NCBI GenBank assembly: GCA_963702005.1
Contig: OY969696.1
Span: 1,312,001-1,376,000, forward strand
Direction of reading: 5' to 3'
From: Candidatus Aminicenantes bacterium
GTDB taxonomy: Bacteria; Acidobacteriota; Aminicenantia; Aminicenantales; JAFGBC01
Length of the DNA: 64,000 nt
Below are positions 45,389 through 55,153 of the stretch, in pieces. How positions within the stretch are numbered: the first letter of the stretch is position 1; each line of letters begins with the position of its first letter. The notes beneath the pieces were generated by a model. The model had not been told where the DNA came from, did not search any database, and saw nothing but the letters and a program-made list of their open reading frames with translations. The translations under genes and the position numbers were made by a program.

Positions 45389-46966
45389 GTGAGCCTGAAC
45401 GTCTTCGAAATCGGCACCTTCGTCGCTTATCTTATCGCCGTCGTCGTTATCGGGTTCGTTTCGGGCCGGAAAAAGGAAGACAGCACGGCGAACTTTTTCC
45501 TGGCCGGGCGGGGACTTCCCTGGTACGTCATCGGATTTTCCCTGATCGCCGCCAGCATCAGCTCGGAGCAGTTCATCGGCGAGGTCGGCTGGGGTTATAA
45601 GTACGGGATGGCCGTCGCCAACTGGGAGTGGCTCGTCTGGCCGGCCCAGGGCATTCTGCTGCTTTTCTTCCTTCCCATCTACCTGAAGAACAGAATATTC
45701 ACGATCCCCGAGTATCTCACCAGAAGATTCGGGCGGGCGGTCGGGTCCGCTTTCTCCATCGTCTGCATGATCCAGTATCTCGTGATCAACCTGCCTCTTG
45801 TCCTCTATTCCGGCGGATTCCTGATAAACCGGATTTTCGGACTGAACCTCTATCTGGCCGTCTGGCTGCTGGTCATCATAGCGGGTTCCTACACGATTTT
45901 CGGCGGGCTGAGCTCGGCCGCCTGGGTCGACCTTTTCAACGGCGCTTTGCTCGTAGCCGGAGGACTCCTGGTCTTTGCTCTCGGCCTCCATGCCGTTCCC
46001 GGAGGCCTGCGGGCCGTGGTTGGGACCGGCGCGAGGGCCCACCTGATTCTGCCCGCCTCTCATCCGGACCTGCCCTGGACGGGTATTCTGGCCGTGGCCA
46101 TCGTCATGAGCGGTTATTATTATTCGACTAACCAGTACATCACCCAGCGCTGCTTGGGAGCCAAGTCCCAATGGAACGGAAAGATGGGCATTGTCCTGGC
46201 GGCCTTTCTAGCCATCCCCCTCGGCCTCGGCGTCGCTTGGCCGGGGATGATCGCCCATGCTTTGAACCCCGGCCTGCCCCACCCCGACGGGGCCTATCCC
46301 TTCCTCATCAGCCGTATCGTTCCGATCGGCCTGCGGGGCGCCATCTTCGCGGTCCTATTCGGGGCCATCATTTCCACGGTGGATTCGCTCATCAATTCCA
46401 CATCCTCCCTTCTCACTCTGGACATTTATAAGGGATTGATCAAGAGAGATGCCACGGACCGGCATCTCGTCAAATTCGCCCGCTGGACGGGAACGCTCTT
46501 TCTCGTCTTTGGAGCGCTCTGGTCGCCGATGGTCGGAAGGTTCGGCTCCATCTTTTCCTATGCCCAAAACTCATGGGCCCTCATGCTGGCCCCGATCATG
46601 GCGGTCTTCATCCTGGCCATCTTCTGGAAGAGGATGACGAAATCCGCCGCCATCCTCGCGCTGCTGTTGGCCCCGCCGATGCTCGGGCTCGTATACCTGC
46701 GGCAGTTCTATGGGGTGCTCGCCCATTTCAATATTTTCAACCTGTCGGGAATCATTTTCGTCCTGTCGCTGGCCGTGATTGTCGTCGTCAGCCTGTTCAC
46801 GTCGCCGTCCGTGACCGAAGATCTCAGGTCAACGCTCTGGCGCCCCGGGCTGGTCCGCCTTCCCGAGGAAGAGACAAGCCGGGGATATCCGTGGCGGAAG
46901 CGGGTCAGCGTTTGGTTCGCCATCGTCGTAATTATTTTCATCATTATCTATGCCCTATTTTGGTAA
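45389..46966 (+). CDS. Sodium:solute symporter (SGLT-like)
   Basis: FFLAGR, ISSEQFIG, TIPEYL..RF, NQYITQRCLGAK. Confidence 0.93.
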   Translation: MSLNVFEIGTFVAYLIAVVVIGFVSGRKKEDSTANFFLAGRGLPWYVIGFSLIAASISSEQFIGEVGWGYKYGMAVANWEWLVWPAQGILLLFFLPIYLKNRIFTIPEYLTRRFGRAVGSAFSIVCMIQYLVINLPLVLYSGGFLINRIFGLNLYLAVWLLVIIAGSYTIFGGLSSAAWVDLFNGALLVAGGLLVFALGLHAVPGGLRAVVGTGARAHLILPASHPDLPWTGILAVAIVMSGYYYSTNQYITQRCLGAKSQWNGKMGIVLAAFLAIPLGLGVAWPGMIAHALNPGLPHPDGAYPFLISRIVPIGLRGAIFAVLFGAIISTVDSLINSTSSLLTLDIYKGLIKRDATDRHLVKFARWTGTLFLVFGALWSPMVGRFGSIFSYAQNSWALMLAPIMAVFILAIFWKRMTKSAAILALLLAPPMLGLVYLRQFYGVLAHFNIFNLSGIIFVLSLAVIVVVSLFTSPSVTEDLRSTLWRPGLVRLPEEETSRGYPWRKRVSVWFAIVVIIFIIIYALFW

Positions 46967-46978
46967 GGAGGAGCGAAC

Positions 46979-48166
46979 ATGCCGGGACCGGGAAGTCAAT
47001 GGATCGGCCGCGAGGAAATCGAGGAAGTCCTGGACGTCATGGAATCCGGGTATCTTTTCCGCTACGGAAGCCTCGAGGACCCGAAATACAAGCACAAGGT
47101 CTACAGCCTCGAGAAGGAATTCGCCGCTTATTGCGGCGTCCGCCATGCCCTGGCTTTGAGTTCAGGCTCCGGCGCCCTGATCTGCGCCTTGAAGGCCCTC
47201 GGCATCGGGCCGGGGGATGAAGTCATTGTTCCAGCCTATACGTTCATTGCCAGCTTCAGCTCGGTCATCTATGCCGGGGGAATCCCCGTGCTGACGGAGA
47301 TCGACGAGAGCCTGAATATCGACCCCGCCGACATCGAGCGGCGCTTGACCAAGAAAACCAAGGCGATCATGGCCGTCCACATGCTGGGGAACGCCTGCGA
47401 TCTGGATGCGGTGATGAGCCTGGCGCAAAAGCACGGCCTTCTGGTTATTGAAGACGCCTGCCAGGCCAACGGCGGCTCCTACAAGGGTCGCAAGCTGGGG
47501 ACCATCGGCCGGATCGGCGCCTTTTCCCTCAATATCTTCAAGACCGTGACCGCGGGGGACGGGGGGATTATCGTTACCGATGACGAGGAACTCTACAAAC
47601 TGGCCTTCGGATTCCACGACCAGGGCCATTCTCCCCTCCGGGCCGGCGTCGAGGTCGGAAAGCGGAGCGTTCTCGGAATGAATTTCCGGATGAATGAGCT
47701 GACCGGCGCGGTGGCCCTCGCCCAGTTGCGAAAAATGCCTAAAATCATCGCCGTCCTCCGCGAAAAGAAGAAAAAATTCAAGGAATCCATCGCCGGGATC
47801 CCGGGCATGAGTTTCCGCCGTCTGACCGACCCGGCCGGCGAGTGCGCGACTCTCCTGACCGTTTTATTCAAGAACGCAGGACAAGCCGCCCGAATCTGCA
47901 AGAGGCTGGGCACGGCGACCCTCGATCACAGCGGATGGCACGTCTACGCCAACATGGAACATCTCAACCGCTATCTCAAGGACGCCGGCCTGCCGCACGG
48001 CTGCGGGGCCTACCCCAGGACCGATGACATCCTGAGCCGCGCCCTCAATCTCAGCGTGGGCGTCGTCGACGCCGGGCTCGGCGCGGGATTCGGCATCAAC
48101 ATCGACTCGTCCCAGGAGGATATCCAGAAAGCCGCGGCCGCGTTCCGTGCGGCCTGTCGTGATTAG
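46979..48166 (+). CDS. DegT/DnrJ/EryC1/StrS-family sugar aminotransferase
   Basis: GDEVIVP, VHMLG, IEDACQA, FSLN.FK, GDGG, NFRMNE. Confidence 0.9.
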   Translation: MPGPGSQWIGREEIEEVLDVMESGYLFRYGSLEDPKYKHKVYSLEKEFAAYCGVRHALALSSGSGALICALKALGIGPGDEVIVPAYTFIASFSSVIYAGGIPVLTEIDESLNIDPADIERRLTKKTKAIMAVHMLGNACDLDAVMSLAQKHGLLVIEDACQANGGSYKGRKLGTIGRIGAFSLNIFKTVTAGDGGIIVTDDEELYKLAFGFHDQGHSPLRAGVEVGKRSVLGMNFRMNELTGAVALAQLRKMPKIIAVLREKKKKFKESIAGIPGMSFRRLTDPAGECATLLTVLFKNAGQAARICKRLGTATLDHSGWHVYANMEHLNRYLKDAGLPHGCGAYPRTDDILSRALNLSVGVVDAGLGAGFGINIDSSQEDIQKAAAAFRAACRD

Positions 48167-48175
48167 CCGCGCCCC

Positions 48176-50317
48176 CTACTTCTTGACCTCCAGCCCGCGC
48201 TTGCGGAGGAGCGGCTCGATCTTGGGCTCGGCGCCGCGGAATCTCACGTACTGCGTCATCGGGTCCTCGGTGCCGAACGGCTCCAGGATGTTCTTCCGGA
48301 AGGAAAGGGCCGTCGCCCGGTCGAAGATCCCCTTTTCCTTGAAGGCCTCGTAGGCGTCGCAGTCGAGGACTTCGGACCAGATGTAAGCGTAGTAACCGGC
48401 CGAGTAGCCGCCGCTGAAGATGTGGCTGAAATAAGTGCTGCGGTAGCGTGGCACGATCGCGGGGATGAGGCCGATCCCGGACATGACCGAGTTTTCGTAC
48501 TGGCGCACGTCGATCCCGGCCGAGTCGGGCAGGGTGTGCCAGGCCATGTCCAGGATGGAAGCTGCCAGGTATTCGGCGGTGATGAACCCCTGGTTGAACA
48601 GGCTGCTTTTCTCGATCTTATCGACCAGGCCGGCGGGGATGACCTGGCCGGTTTGATAGTGCTTGGCGTAGAGGGCGAGCAGCTCCGGCTCGAACGCCCA
48701 GTGCTCCATGATTTGCGAGGGAAGCTCGACCGAATCCCGGGCCACGGTCCGGTTGCGGTAGCGCCCTTGGGAGAAAAGCGTGGCCAGGGAGTGGCCGAAT
48801 TCGTGGAAGAATGTTTCCACTTCGTCGGTCGAGAGCAAGGAAGGGGCGTCGGCCGTGGGGCGCGTGAAGTTGCAGACGATGCTGGACACGGGGGGAACTC
48901 GCAGGCCTTTTTCGGTGTAGGCCCTCCGGAATGCGCCCGACCAGGCGCCGGCCCGCTTGCTGTCGCGCGGATGGAAGTCCATGTAGAGAACGCCCAGGTG
49001 CCGGCCGTCGGCCTCCTGGACTTCATAAACTTGAACATCCGGATGGTAGCGGGGAAGGTCGGGCAGCTCGATGAATTTCAGCCCATAGAGCTTGCCGCAT
49101 AGAGCGAAGATGCCTTGGCGGACGTTGTCCAGCTTGAAGTAGGGCCGAAGAGCGGAATCGTCCAGAGCGTATTTTTCCTGACGCAGCTTTTCGGTGTAGA
49201 ACCACCAATCCCAGGACGCCAGCTTGAACCCGCCGTTTTGACGGTCGATCATGGCTTGAAGCTCGGCGGCCTCCTGCTCGGCCTTGACCAGCGTCGGCTC
49301 CCAAAGCTGTTTCAGGAACGCGTTGACCCGGTCCGGCGTCTTGGCCATGTTTTCTTCCAGGACAAAAGCGGCGTGGCTGGCGTAGCCCAGAAGCCGGGCC
49401 CTCTCCTGGCGGAGGGCTATGATCCTCTTGACGTTTTCCTTGTTGTCGAATTCGTTGTCGTGGTTGCCCTTCATGAAGTAAGCGCGATGGAGCTTCTCGC
49501 GAAGGTCCCGCTTCTCCCCATATTGAAGGAACGGCGTCATGCTGGGGACTTGGATGGTGAACGCCCATTTTCCGTCGAGGCCGGTCTGTTTGGCCGTTTC
49601 CGCGGCCATGGCCACGACCGAGGGCGGAAGCCCGGCCAGGTCGGCGCGGTCCTCGATCACGAGCTTGAAGGCGTTGGTCTCGGCCAGGACGTTCTCGCCG
49701 AACTTCACGGTCAGCAGGGAGAGCTCCTGGTTGAGCTCCCGGAGCCGGGCCTTCTGTTTTTCGTCGAGCAGGGCGCCGCCCCGGACGAAATCGCGGTAGG
49801 AGTTTTCCAGAAGGAAGAGCTCGTCCCGGTCCAGCTTCAGCGCGCCGCGATTGTCGTAGACCGCCTTGACGCGCTTGAAGAGTTTTTCGTCGAGCCCGAT
49901 GTTGTCCCGGTGGCCGGCCAGCAGGGGGGCGGTCTTCCGGGCCAAGGCCTGAAGCTCCTTGTTGGTGTTGGCGCCCTGGAGGGCGCCGTAGACGGCGTTC
50001 ACTTCGGAGAGGAAGATCCCGGCGTGGTCGAGGGCGGCGATCGTGTTTTCAAAGGTGGGCGGTTCGGGGTTGGCGACGATGGCATCGACTTCGGCCTGCT
50101 CGCGCTTGATCCCCTCCTCGATGGCCGGCAGGAAATGCTCGTTCTTGATGAGGTTGAAAGGCGGGACGTTGAAGGGCGTCCCGTAGGGCTTGAAGAACGG
50201 GTTGTCGCTCGGGGCCTGCTGGGGCGGGGGAGTCGCTGGCTGATCTGCGCCGGATGTGGATATAACGGAAGCGAGGGATAAACATAGGAGAAAAATGAAG
50301 GCTGCAAATATTCTCAT
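48176..50317 (-). CDS. dcp: M3 metallopeptidase (peptidyl-dipeptidase Dcp), exported
   Basis: FHEFGH, VELPSQIMEHW, HIFSGGYSAGYY. Confidence 0.9.
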   Translation of the reverse strand: MRIFAAFIFLLCLSLASVISTSGADQPATPPPQQAPSDNPFFKPYGTPFNVPPFNLIKNEHFLPAIEEGIKREQAEVDAIVANPEPPTFENTIAALDHAGIFLSEVNAVYGALQGANTNKELQALARKTAPLLAGHRDNIGLDEKLFKRVKAVYDNRGALKLDRDELFLLENSYRDFVRGGALLDEKQKARLRELNQELSLLTVKFGENVLAETNAFKLVIEDRADLAGLPPSVVAMAAETAKQTGLDGKWAFTIQVPSMTPFLQYGEKRDLREKLHRAYFMKGNHDNEFDNKENVKRIIALRQERARLLGYASHAAFVLEENMAKTPDRVNAFLKQLWEPTLVKAEQEAAELQAMIDRQNGGFKLASWDWWFYTEKLRQEKYALDDSALRPYFKLDNVRQGIFALCGKLYGLKFIELPDLPRYHPDVQVYEVQEADGRHLGVLYMDFHPRDSKRAGAWSGAFRRAYTEKGLRVPPVSSIVCNFTRPTADAPSLLSTDEVETFFHEFGHSLATLFSQGRYRNRTVARDSVELPSQIMEHWAFEPELLALYAKHYQTGQVIPAGLVDKIEKSSLFNQGFITAEYLAASILDMAWHTLPDSAGIDVRQYENSVMSGIGLIPAIVPRYRSTYFSHIFSGGYSAGYYAYIWSEVLDCDAYEAFKEKGIFDRATALSFRKNILEPFGTEDPMTQYVRFRGAEPKIEPLLRKRGLEVKK

Positions 50318-50362
50318 GGCCGATCACACCTCCTCGTCCAAATGAAAATCTTATTATACAAG

Positions 50363-50388
50363 AATTCCGGGGACACACGACTTAATTC
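50363..50388 (+). repeat. Single family B REP-like unit
   Basis: AATTCCGGGGACACACGACTTAATTC. Confidence 0.85.
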
Positions 50389-50407
50389 CATATGTTACAA
50401 TACCGCC

Positions 50408-51472
50408 ATGACGTCGCGCGAGCGGGTGCGGGCCGTCTTTTCCCACGAGATCCCGGACCGGGTGCCCGCCTGGCTCGGGGCCTCGCCCGAATTCAAAGCG
50501 CTGGCCAGGAAGAGAGCCGGACTGACGAGCGACGAGGACCTGGCCCTCTTCGTGGGCGATGACTTCAGACGGGTTTATGCCCGCTATGCCGGCCCTCCCG
50601 AGTTCAGCCCCGATTCCGCCCTGAACCACCCCGCCGCCACCTCCCGGACTCCCTTCGGCGTCGAGCGTCTGGGCTACGGCTACGGCCAACCCGCCGATCA
50701 TCCCTTGGCCGGGATTCGCTCGATCGCCAACATCGAGGCTTTTGCCTGGCCCGATCCGGGCTGGATGGACGTCTCGCACGTCCGCGCCGACGCGGAGGCT
50801 TGGGGCGGCCGCTTCGCCGTCCTGGGAGGCGATTGGTCTCCTTTCTATCACGACGCCATCGACCTGGTGGGCATGGAAACCTTCATGATCATGCTCGTCG
50901 AGAACCCGGTCCTGGCGGATGTCCTCCTCCGCCGCATCGTCGATTACTACTTCCGGGTCAGCGTCAGGATTTTTCAGGCCGCGGCCGACGTCATCGATAT
51001 CTTCTTCATCGGCAACGACTTCGGCACCCAGAACGGCCCGGTGGTCGGCGAGGCGCTTTTCAGGCGGTTCTTCCTTCCCCATCTCGCGCGGCTCGCATCT
51101 TTGGGGCACGATTTCGGCCTCAAAGTCATGCTCCACTGCTGCGGCGGGTTTTTCCCTCTCATCCCGGCCTTGATCGATGCCGGCATAGACGCCCTGCAAT
51201 CGCTCCAGCCGGACGCCCGCGACATGGCTCCGGCCCGCCTCAAGTCCGCGTTCGGCGGACGGGTCGTTTTCAACGGCTGCATCGACACCCACCATTGGCT
51301 CATCGACGGAACGCCGGACTTGGTCAGGGCGAAAACGCGGGAGACCCTCGAGATCATGAAGCCGGGAGGAGGCTATATAGCCTCGCCCAGCCACGATTTT
51401 CTCCTTCCCGAGACGCCCGTCGAGAACGTCTTCGCCCTTTATGAGACAGTCAGGGAATTTGGCGGCTATTGA
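50408..51472 (+). CDS. Uroporphyrinogen decarboxylase/MtbA-CmuA superfamily protein
   Basis: MTSRERV..PDRVP, NDFGTQ, LHCCG, GCID, GGGYI.SPSH...TPVEN. Confidence 0.85.
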   Translation: MTSRERVRAVFSHEIPDRVPAWLGASPEFKALARKRAGLTSDEDLALFVGDDFRRVYARYAGPPEFSPDSALNHPAATSRTPFGVERLGYGYGQPADHPLAGIRSIANIEAFAWPDPGWMDVSHVRADAEAWGGRFAVLGGDWSPFYHDAIDLVGMETFMIMLVENPVLADVLLRRIVDYYFRVSVRIFQAAADVIDIFFIGNDFGTQNGPVVGEALFRRFFLPHLARLASLGHDFGLKVMLHCCGGFFPLIPALIDAGIDALQSLQPDARDMAPARLKSAFGGRVVFNGCIDTHHWLIDGTPDLVRAKTRETLEIMKPGGGYIASPSHDFLLPETPVENVFALYETVREFGGY

Positions 51473-51497
51473 ACAATAAAAAAGCAAGGAGGCAAGC

Positions 51498-52937
51498 ATG
51501 AGAATTCCGGCTTATCATCGCTCCCCAGGGACCGTCATCTTTTTATTTTTAGCCGCCGTCTTTTTGATCGGCGGGCTGGCCGGCTGCTCGGGGAAGGCTC
51601 CGGAAGCGCCGAAAGCGCAGAAGGCTCCGGTTCCGCTTCTCCCCGAAGACGGCGTCCGCCTGTCCAACGATCCGCAAAAGGCCGAAACCTTCCGCGACGC
51701 GGGCCTCGGCCTGTTCATCCACTGGGGGCCGAACTCCCAGCTGGGGACGGAGATTTCCTGGCCGCTCTTCAACGCCTCGGAAGATTACATCAAGAAGTAT
51801 TATGCCCTGGCCGAGACCTTCAACCCGGCGGCCTTCGACCCCGCGGCCTGGGCAAGGTTGGCCCGGCTGGCCGGCATGGAGTACGTCGTGTTCACGGCCA
51901 AGCACCACGACGGTTTCTGCATGTTCGACACGGACCTGAGCGACTTCAAGATCACCCGGACGCCCTACGGCCGGGACATCGCGGCCATGGTCGCCGACGC
52001 CTTCCGCAGGGAAGGGTTTCTGGTCGGCTTCTACTATTCGCCGGGCGATTTCCGCTATCAATGGGAGACGGGCGAGAGGACCGGGCACATCTACGAGCCG
52101 AATTTCGCGAGCCCGGCCTTGTTCGGACCGCTGCGGAAAACATTCGTCGACTACGAGCGCGGCCAGGTCGAAGAGCTCCTGACCCGCTACGGCGACATCT
52201 TCATGCTCTGGTTCGACGGCAAGTGCGAGCCGCTCAAGAAACACGCCTGGCGGGTCCGTCAGGACGTGTTCATCGGACGCGGCGAGATCCCCACGCCCGA
52301 GCAGGAGATCCCGGGTCAGCCTGCCGATCACGCCTGGGAGAGCTGCCTGACCACGAGCTACCAGTGGTCCTTCCTTCCCGGCGCCGAAGTCCGTTCCTCG
52401 GCTGAGATCATCGACAACCTGATCCACATTCGGGCTCGCGGCGGCAACATGCTCCTCAACATCGGGCCCCGTCCGGACGGACGGATCGCCCCGGCCGATG
52501 AGGACCGGCTCCGCGACCTGGGCTTATGGATGATGCTTTACGGCGAGGCCGTCCGCGGCGTGCGGCCCTGGATAGTCACCAACGAAGGCGGGGTCTGGTT
52601 CACCCATAGGCGCTCGGACGGGACGGTCTATGCCCTGACCGGACTCGAACGGAACGCCCGGACTCTTCTCGTCCGCTCCGTCGCGGCTTCGCCGGACACG
52701 CGCGTCAGCCTTCTCAGCCAGGAGGGGGATTTAAAATGGGAGCAGACCGCGGCCGGACTCAAGATCTACATCCAGCGGAAACAGACCATCCGGCTCGTCC
52801 GGGCGTTAGCCGCTCCGGGCGGGAAGACGGCCGATCCGGACAGACAGGAGCTGACCTGGGGGCCGGACTGGCCGGTGGCCGTCAAGATCACGAAGGCCAA
52901 GCCCGCGGAAAGCTTCGGGAAAGAGGCCGTCCGATGA
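51498..52937 (+). CDS. GH29 alpha-L-fucosidase, lipoprotein
   Basis: GLFIHWG, TAKHHDGF, LWFDG, GGNMLLNIGP; lipobox LAGC. Confidence 0.9.
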   Translation: MRIPAYHRSPGTVIFLFLAAVFLIGGLAGCSGKAPEAPKAQKAPVPLLPEDGVRLSNDPQKAETFRDAGLGLFIHWGPNSQLGTEISWPLFNASEDYIKKYYALAETFNPAAFDPAAWARLARLAGMEYVVFTAKHHDGFCMFDTDLSDFKITRTPYGRDIAAMVADAFRREGFLVGFYYSPGDFRYQWETGERTGHIYEPNFASPALFGPLRKTFVDYERGQVEELLTRYGDIFMLWFDGKCEPLKKHAWRVRQDVFIGRGEIPTPEQEIPGQPADHAWESCLTTSYQWSFLPGAEVRSSAEIIDNLIHIRARGGNMLLNIGPRPDGRIAPADEDRLRDLGLWMMLYGEAVRGVRPWIVTNEGGVWFTHRRSDGTVYALTGLERNARTLLVRSVAASPDTRVSLLSQEGDLKWEQTAAGLKIYIQRKQTIRLVRALAAPGGKTADPDRQELTWGPDWPVAVKITKAKPAESFGKEAVR

Positions 52938-53374
52938 GCGTGAAAGCCGCCCTCCGCACCGCCGTCTTCGTGCTCGCCGCCGTCGTCGGCGCCTTTGTCC
53001 TTTTCCGGGAGGTTTCCGGAAAAACTCCCGAGCGCGTCGAACGCTACGGCATGGTCATCGGCGTCAAGCCGGAGAAAATCGAGTATTACAAGGCGCTTCA
53101 TGCCGCCGCCTGGCCGGGTGTCCTGGCTAAGATCAAGGAGTGCAACATCCGCAACTATTCGATCTACCTCAAGGAAGTGGACAAGGGGACGTTCTACCTG
53201 TTCTCCTATTTCGAGTACACCGGCCGCGACTTTCAAGCCGACATGGCCAAGATGGCCGCCGACCCGACGACTCAGCGCTGGTGGAAGGAAACCGATCCCT
53301 GCCAAATCCCGATCCCGGCGCGCGGCGAGAAGGAATTTTGGAGCCGGATGGAAGAGGTCTTCCACACGGATTGA
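52934..53374 (+). CDS. rhaM: L-rhamnose mutarotase with N-terminal signal/anchor
   Basis: Y..LH...WP, IRNYSIY, LFSYFEY, WW, MEEVFH. Confidence 0.85.
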   Translation: MSVKAALRTAVFVLAAVVGAFVLFREVSGKTPERVERYGMVIGVKPEKIEYYKALHAAAWPGVLAKIKECNIRNYSIYLKEVDKGTFYLFSYFEYTGRDFQADMAKMAADPTTQRWWKETDPCQIPIPARGEKEFWSRMEEVFHTD

Positions 53375-53395
53375 ACCGAGGGACCGAGAAAACCG

Positions 53396-55012
53396 ATGGG
53401 CCACGCCGGCCGGCTCGCCTTTTCGGCCTTGGACCTCCTGGCGCTCCTCGTCTATCTCGTCGGAATCGTCGGCTTGGGACTCTGGTCCTGGGCGAAGAGA
53501 AAACGGAAAGAAGCCTCGAGCGCCGAGTACTTCCTGGCCGGAAACACCCTCCGCTGGCCGGTCATCGGGCTCGCTCTGTTCTCAACCAACATCTCGACCA
53601 TCCACCTCGTCAGCCTGGCCCAGGAGGGCTACGTCAACGGGCTGGCTTACGGAAATTTCGAATGGATGGCCGCTTTTCTCCTCATCATCCTGGCGCTTTT
53701 TTTCGCCCCGTTTTACATCCGGGCCCGGGTGGCGACGCTGCCCGATTTCCTGGAGAAGCGCTATTCCCGGGCCGCCCGCGACTGGCTGGCCGGCCTGTCC
53801 ATCGTCTCGGCGGTCTTCATCCACATCGGCTTTTCCCTCTACACCGGCGCCGTCGTGCTCAAGGGGCTGTTCGGGATCGACATCACCACCAGCATCCTGG
53901 TCACGGCCCTGCTGACCGGGCTGTATACGATCGTCGGCGGCCTGCTGGCCGTGGTCATGACGGAGTCGGCCCAGACCATCGTCCTCATCCTCGGCTCGGC
54001 CTGCGTACTCGGCTTCGGCCTGGCGAAGATCGGAGGCTGGGGAGGGCTCGTTGCTTCGGTCGAGCCGGTGAAAATGACGATCCTGAGGAGCGCCGCCGAA
54101 ACGCCGACCCTTCCCTGGTATTCCGTCTTTCTGGGCTATCCGGTTATCGGCCTTTGGTACTGGTGCGCCGACCAGACAATCGTCCAGCGCGTCCTGGGGG
54201 CCCGCGATGAACGGAACGCCCGGCTGGGCCCATTGTTCACGGGTTTCATCAAGATCCTTCCGGTCTTTCTGTTCGTCCTCCCCGGACTCATCGCCTACGG
54301 GCTGGTCGGACAGGGTAAACTCCCGGCGCCCGAAAGCTCGGCCGACGTCTATTCCCTTCTCGTCAACAACCTGCTTCCGGTCGGCCTGAAGGGCGTCGTG
54401 GCGGCCGCGCTGCTGGCGGCGCTGATGAGCACGGTCTCGGGCGCGCTCAACTCCATCGCCACGCTTTTCACCATCGACATCTACAAGCGTTGGCGTCCCG
54501 AAGCGCCGGAGAAGCGTCTGACCCTGGTCGGCCGCCTGGTGACGCTCGTTGCGATGGCGGTAGCCATCCTCTGGTCCCCGTTGATCGGCCACTTCGGGAG
54601 CCTGTTTCAAGGGATCACGGCCGTCATCTGCTACATCGCGCCGCCCATCACGGCGGTCTTCATCTGGGGGGTCCTGTGGCGGAAGGCTTCGGCAGCCGCG
54701 GCCCGGGTCACGCTTATGACCGGCTCAGGCCTGGGGCTGGCCGTGTTCTTCCTCGACTGGTTCAAGGACAGGACGGGATGGAACGTCCCCTCGATGATGG
54801 CCACTTTCTATCTCTTCCTGGTCTGTTCCGCCGTCCTCGTCGGAATCTCTCTCTTCAAACCCCATGTCCACACCCAGGAGAGCGAGAAGCTTGTCTGGGC
54901 GCGTCCCGGCGACGCCCTCAGGGGCGCTTGGGGGCCCGGCTGGCTGGATTACCGCCTAGCGGCCATCGTCTTATTCCTGGTCATGGTTGCGCTCTATATC
55001 CTGTTCGCTTGA
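53396..55012 (+). CDS. Sodium:solute symporter
   Basis: YFLAG, NIST, TLPDFLEKRY, WYWCADQTIVQRVLGA. Confidence 0.93.
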   Translation: MGHAGRLAFSALDLLALLVYLVGIVGLGLWSWAKRKRKEASSAEYFLAGNTLRWPVIGLALFSTNISTIHLVSLAQEGYVNGLAYGNFEWMAAFLLIILALFFAPFYIRARVATLPDFLEKRYSRAARDWLAGLSIVSAVFIHIGFSLYTGAVVLKGLFGIDITTSILVTALLTGLYTIVGGLLAVVMTESAQTIVLILGSACVLGFGLAKIGGWGGLVASVEPVKMTILRSAAETPTLPWYSVFLGYPVIGLWYWCADQTIVQRVLGARDERNARLGPLFTGFIKILPVFLFVLPGLIAYGLVGQGKLPAPESSADVYSLLVNNLLPVGLKGVVAAALLAALMSTVSGALNSIATLFTIDIYKRWRPEAPEKRLTLVGRLVTLVAMAVAILWSPLIGHFGSLFQGITAVICYIAPPITAVFIWGVLWRKASAAAARVTLMTGSGLGLAVFFLDWFKDRTGWNVPSMMATFYLFLVCSAVLVGISLFKPHVHTQESEKLVWARPGDALRGAWGPGWLDYRLAAIVLFLVMVALYILFA

Positions 55013-55153
55013 GAATTCCGGGGATTCGATAGCGCAGGAACAATCCGTTTCGTATCCCGGGAAGGACCGGGCTTTTCTGATAGGCCGGCCGGCGCGGGCG
55101 CGTTCCTTGACACCGATCGCCGGCCGGAGATATCATTTCATCAACTCAAAACC

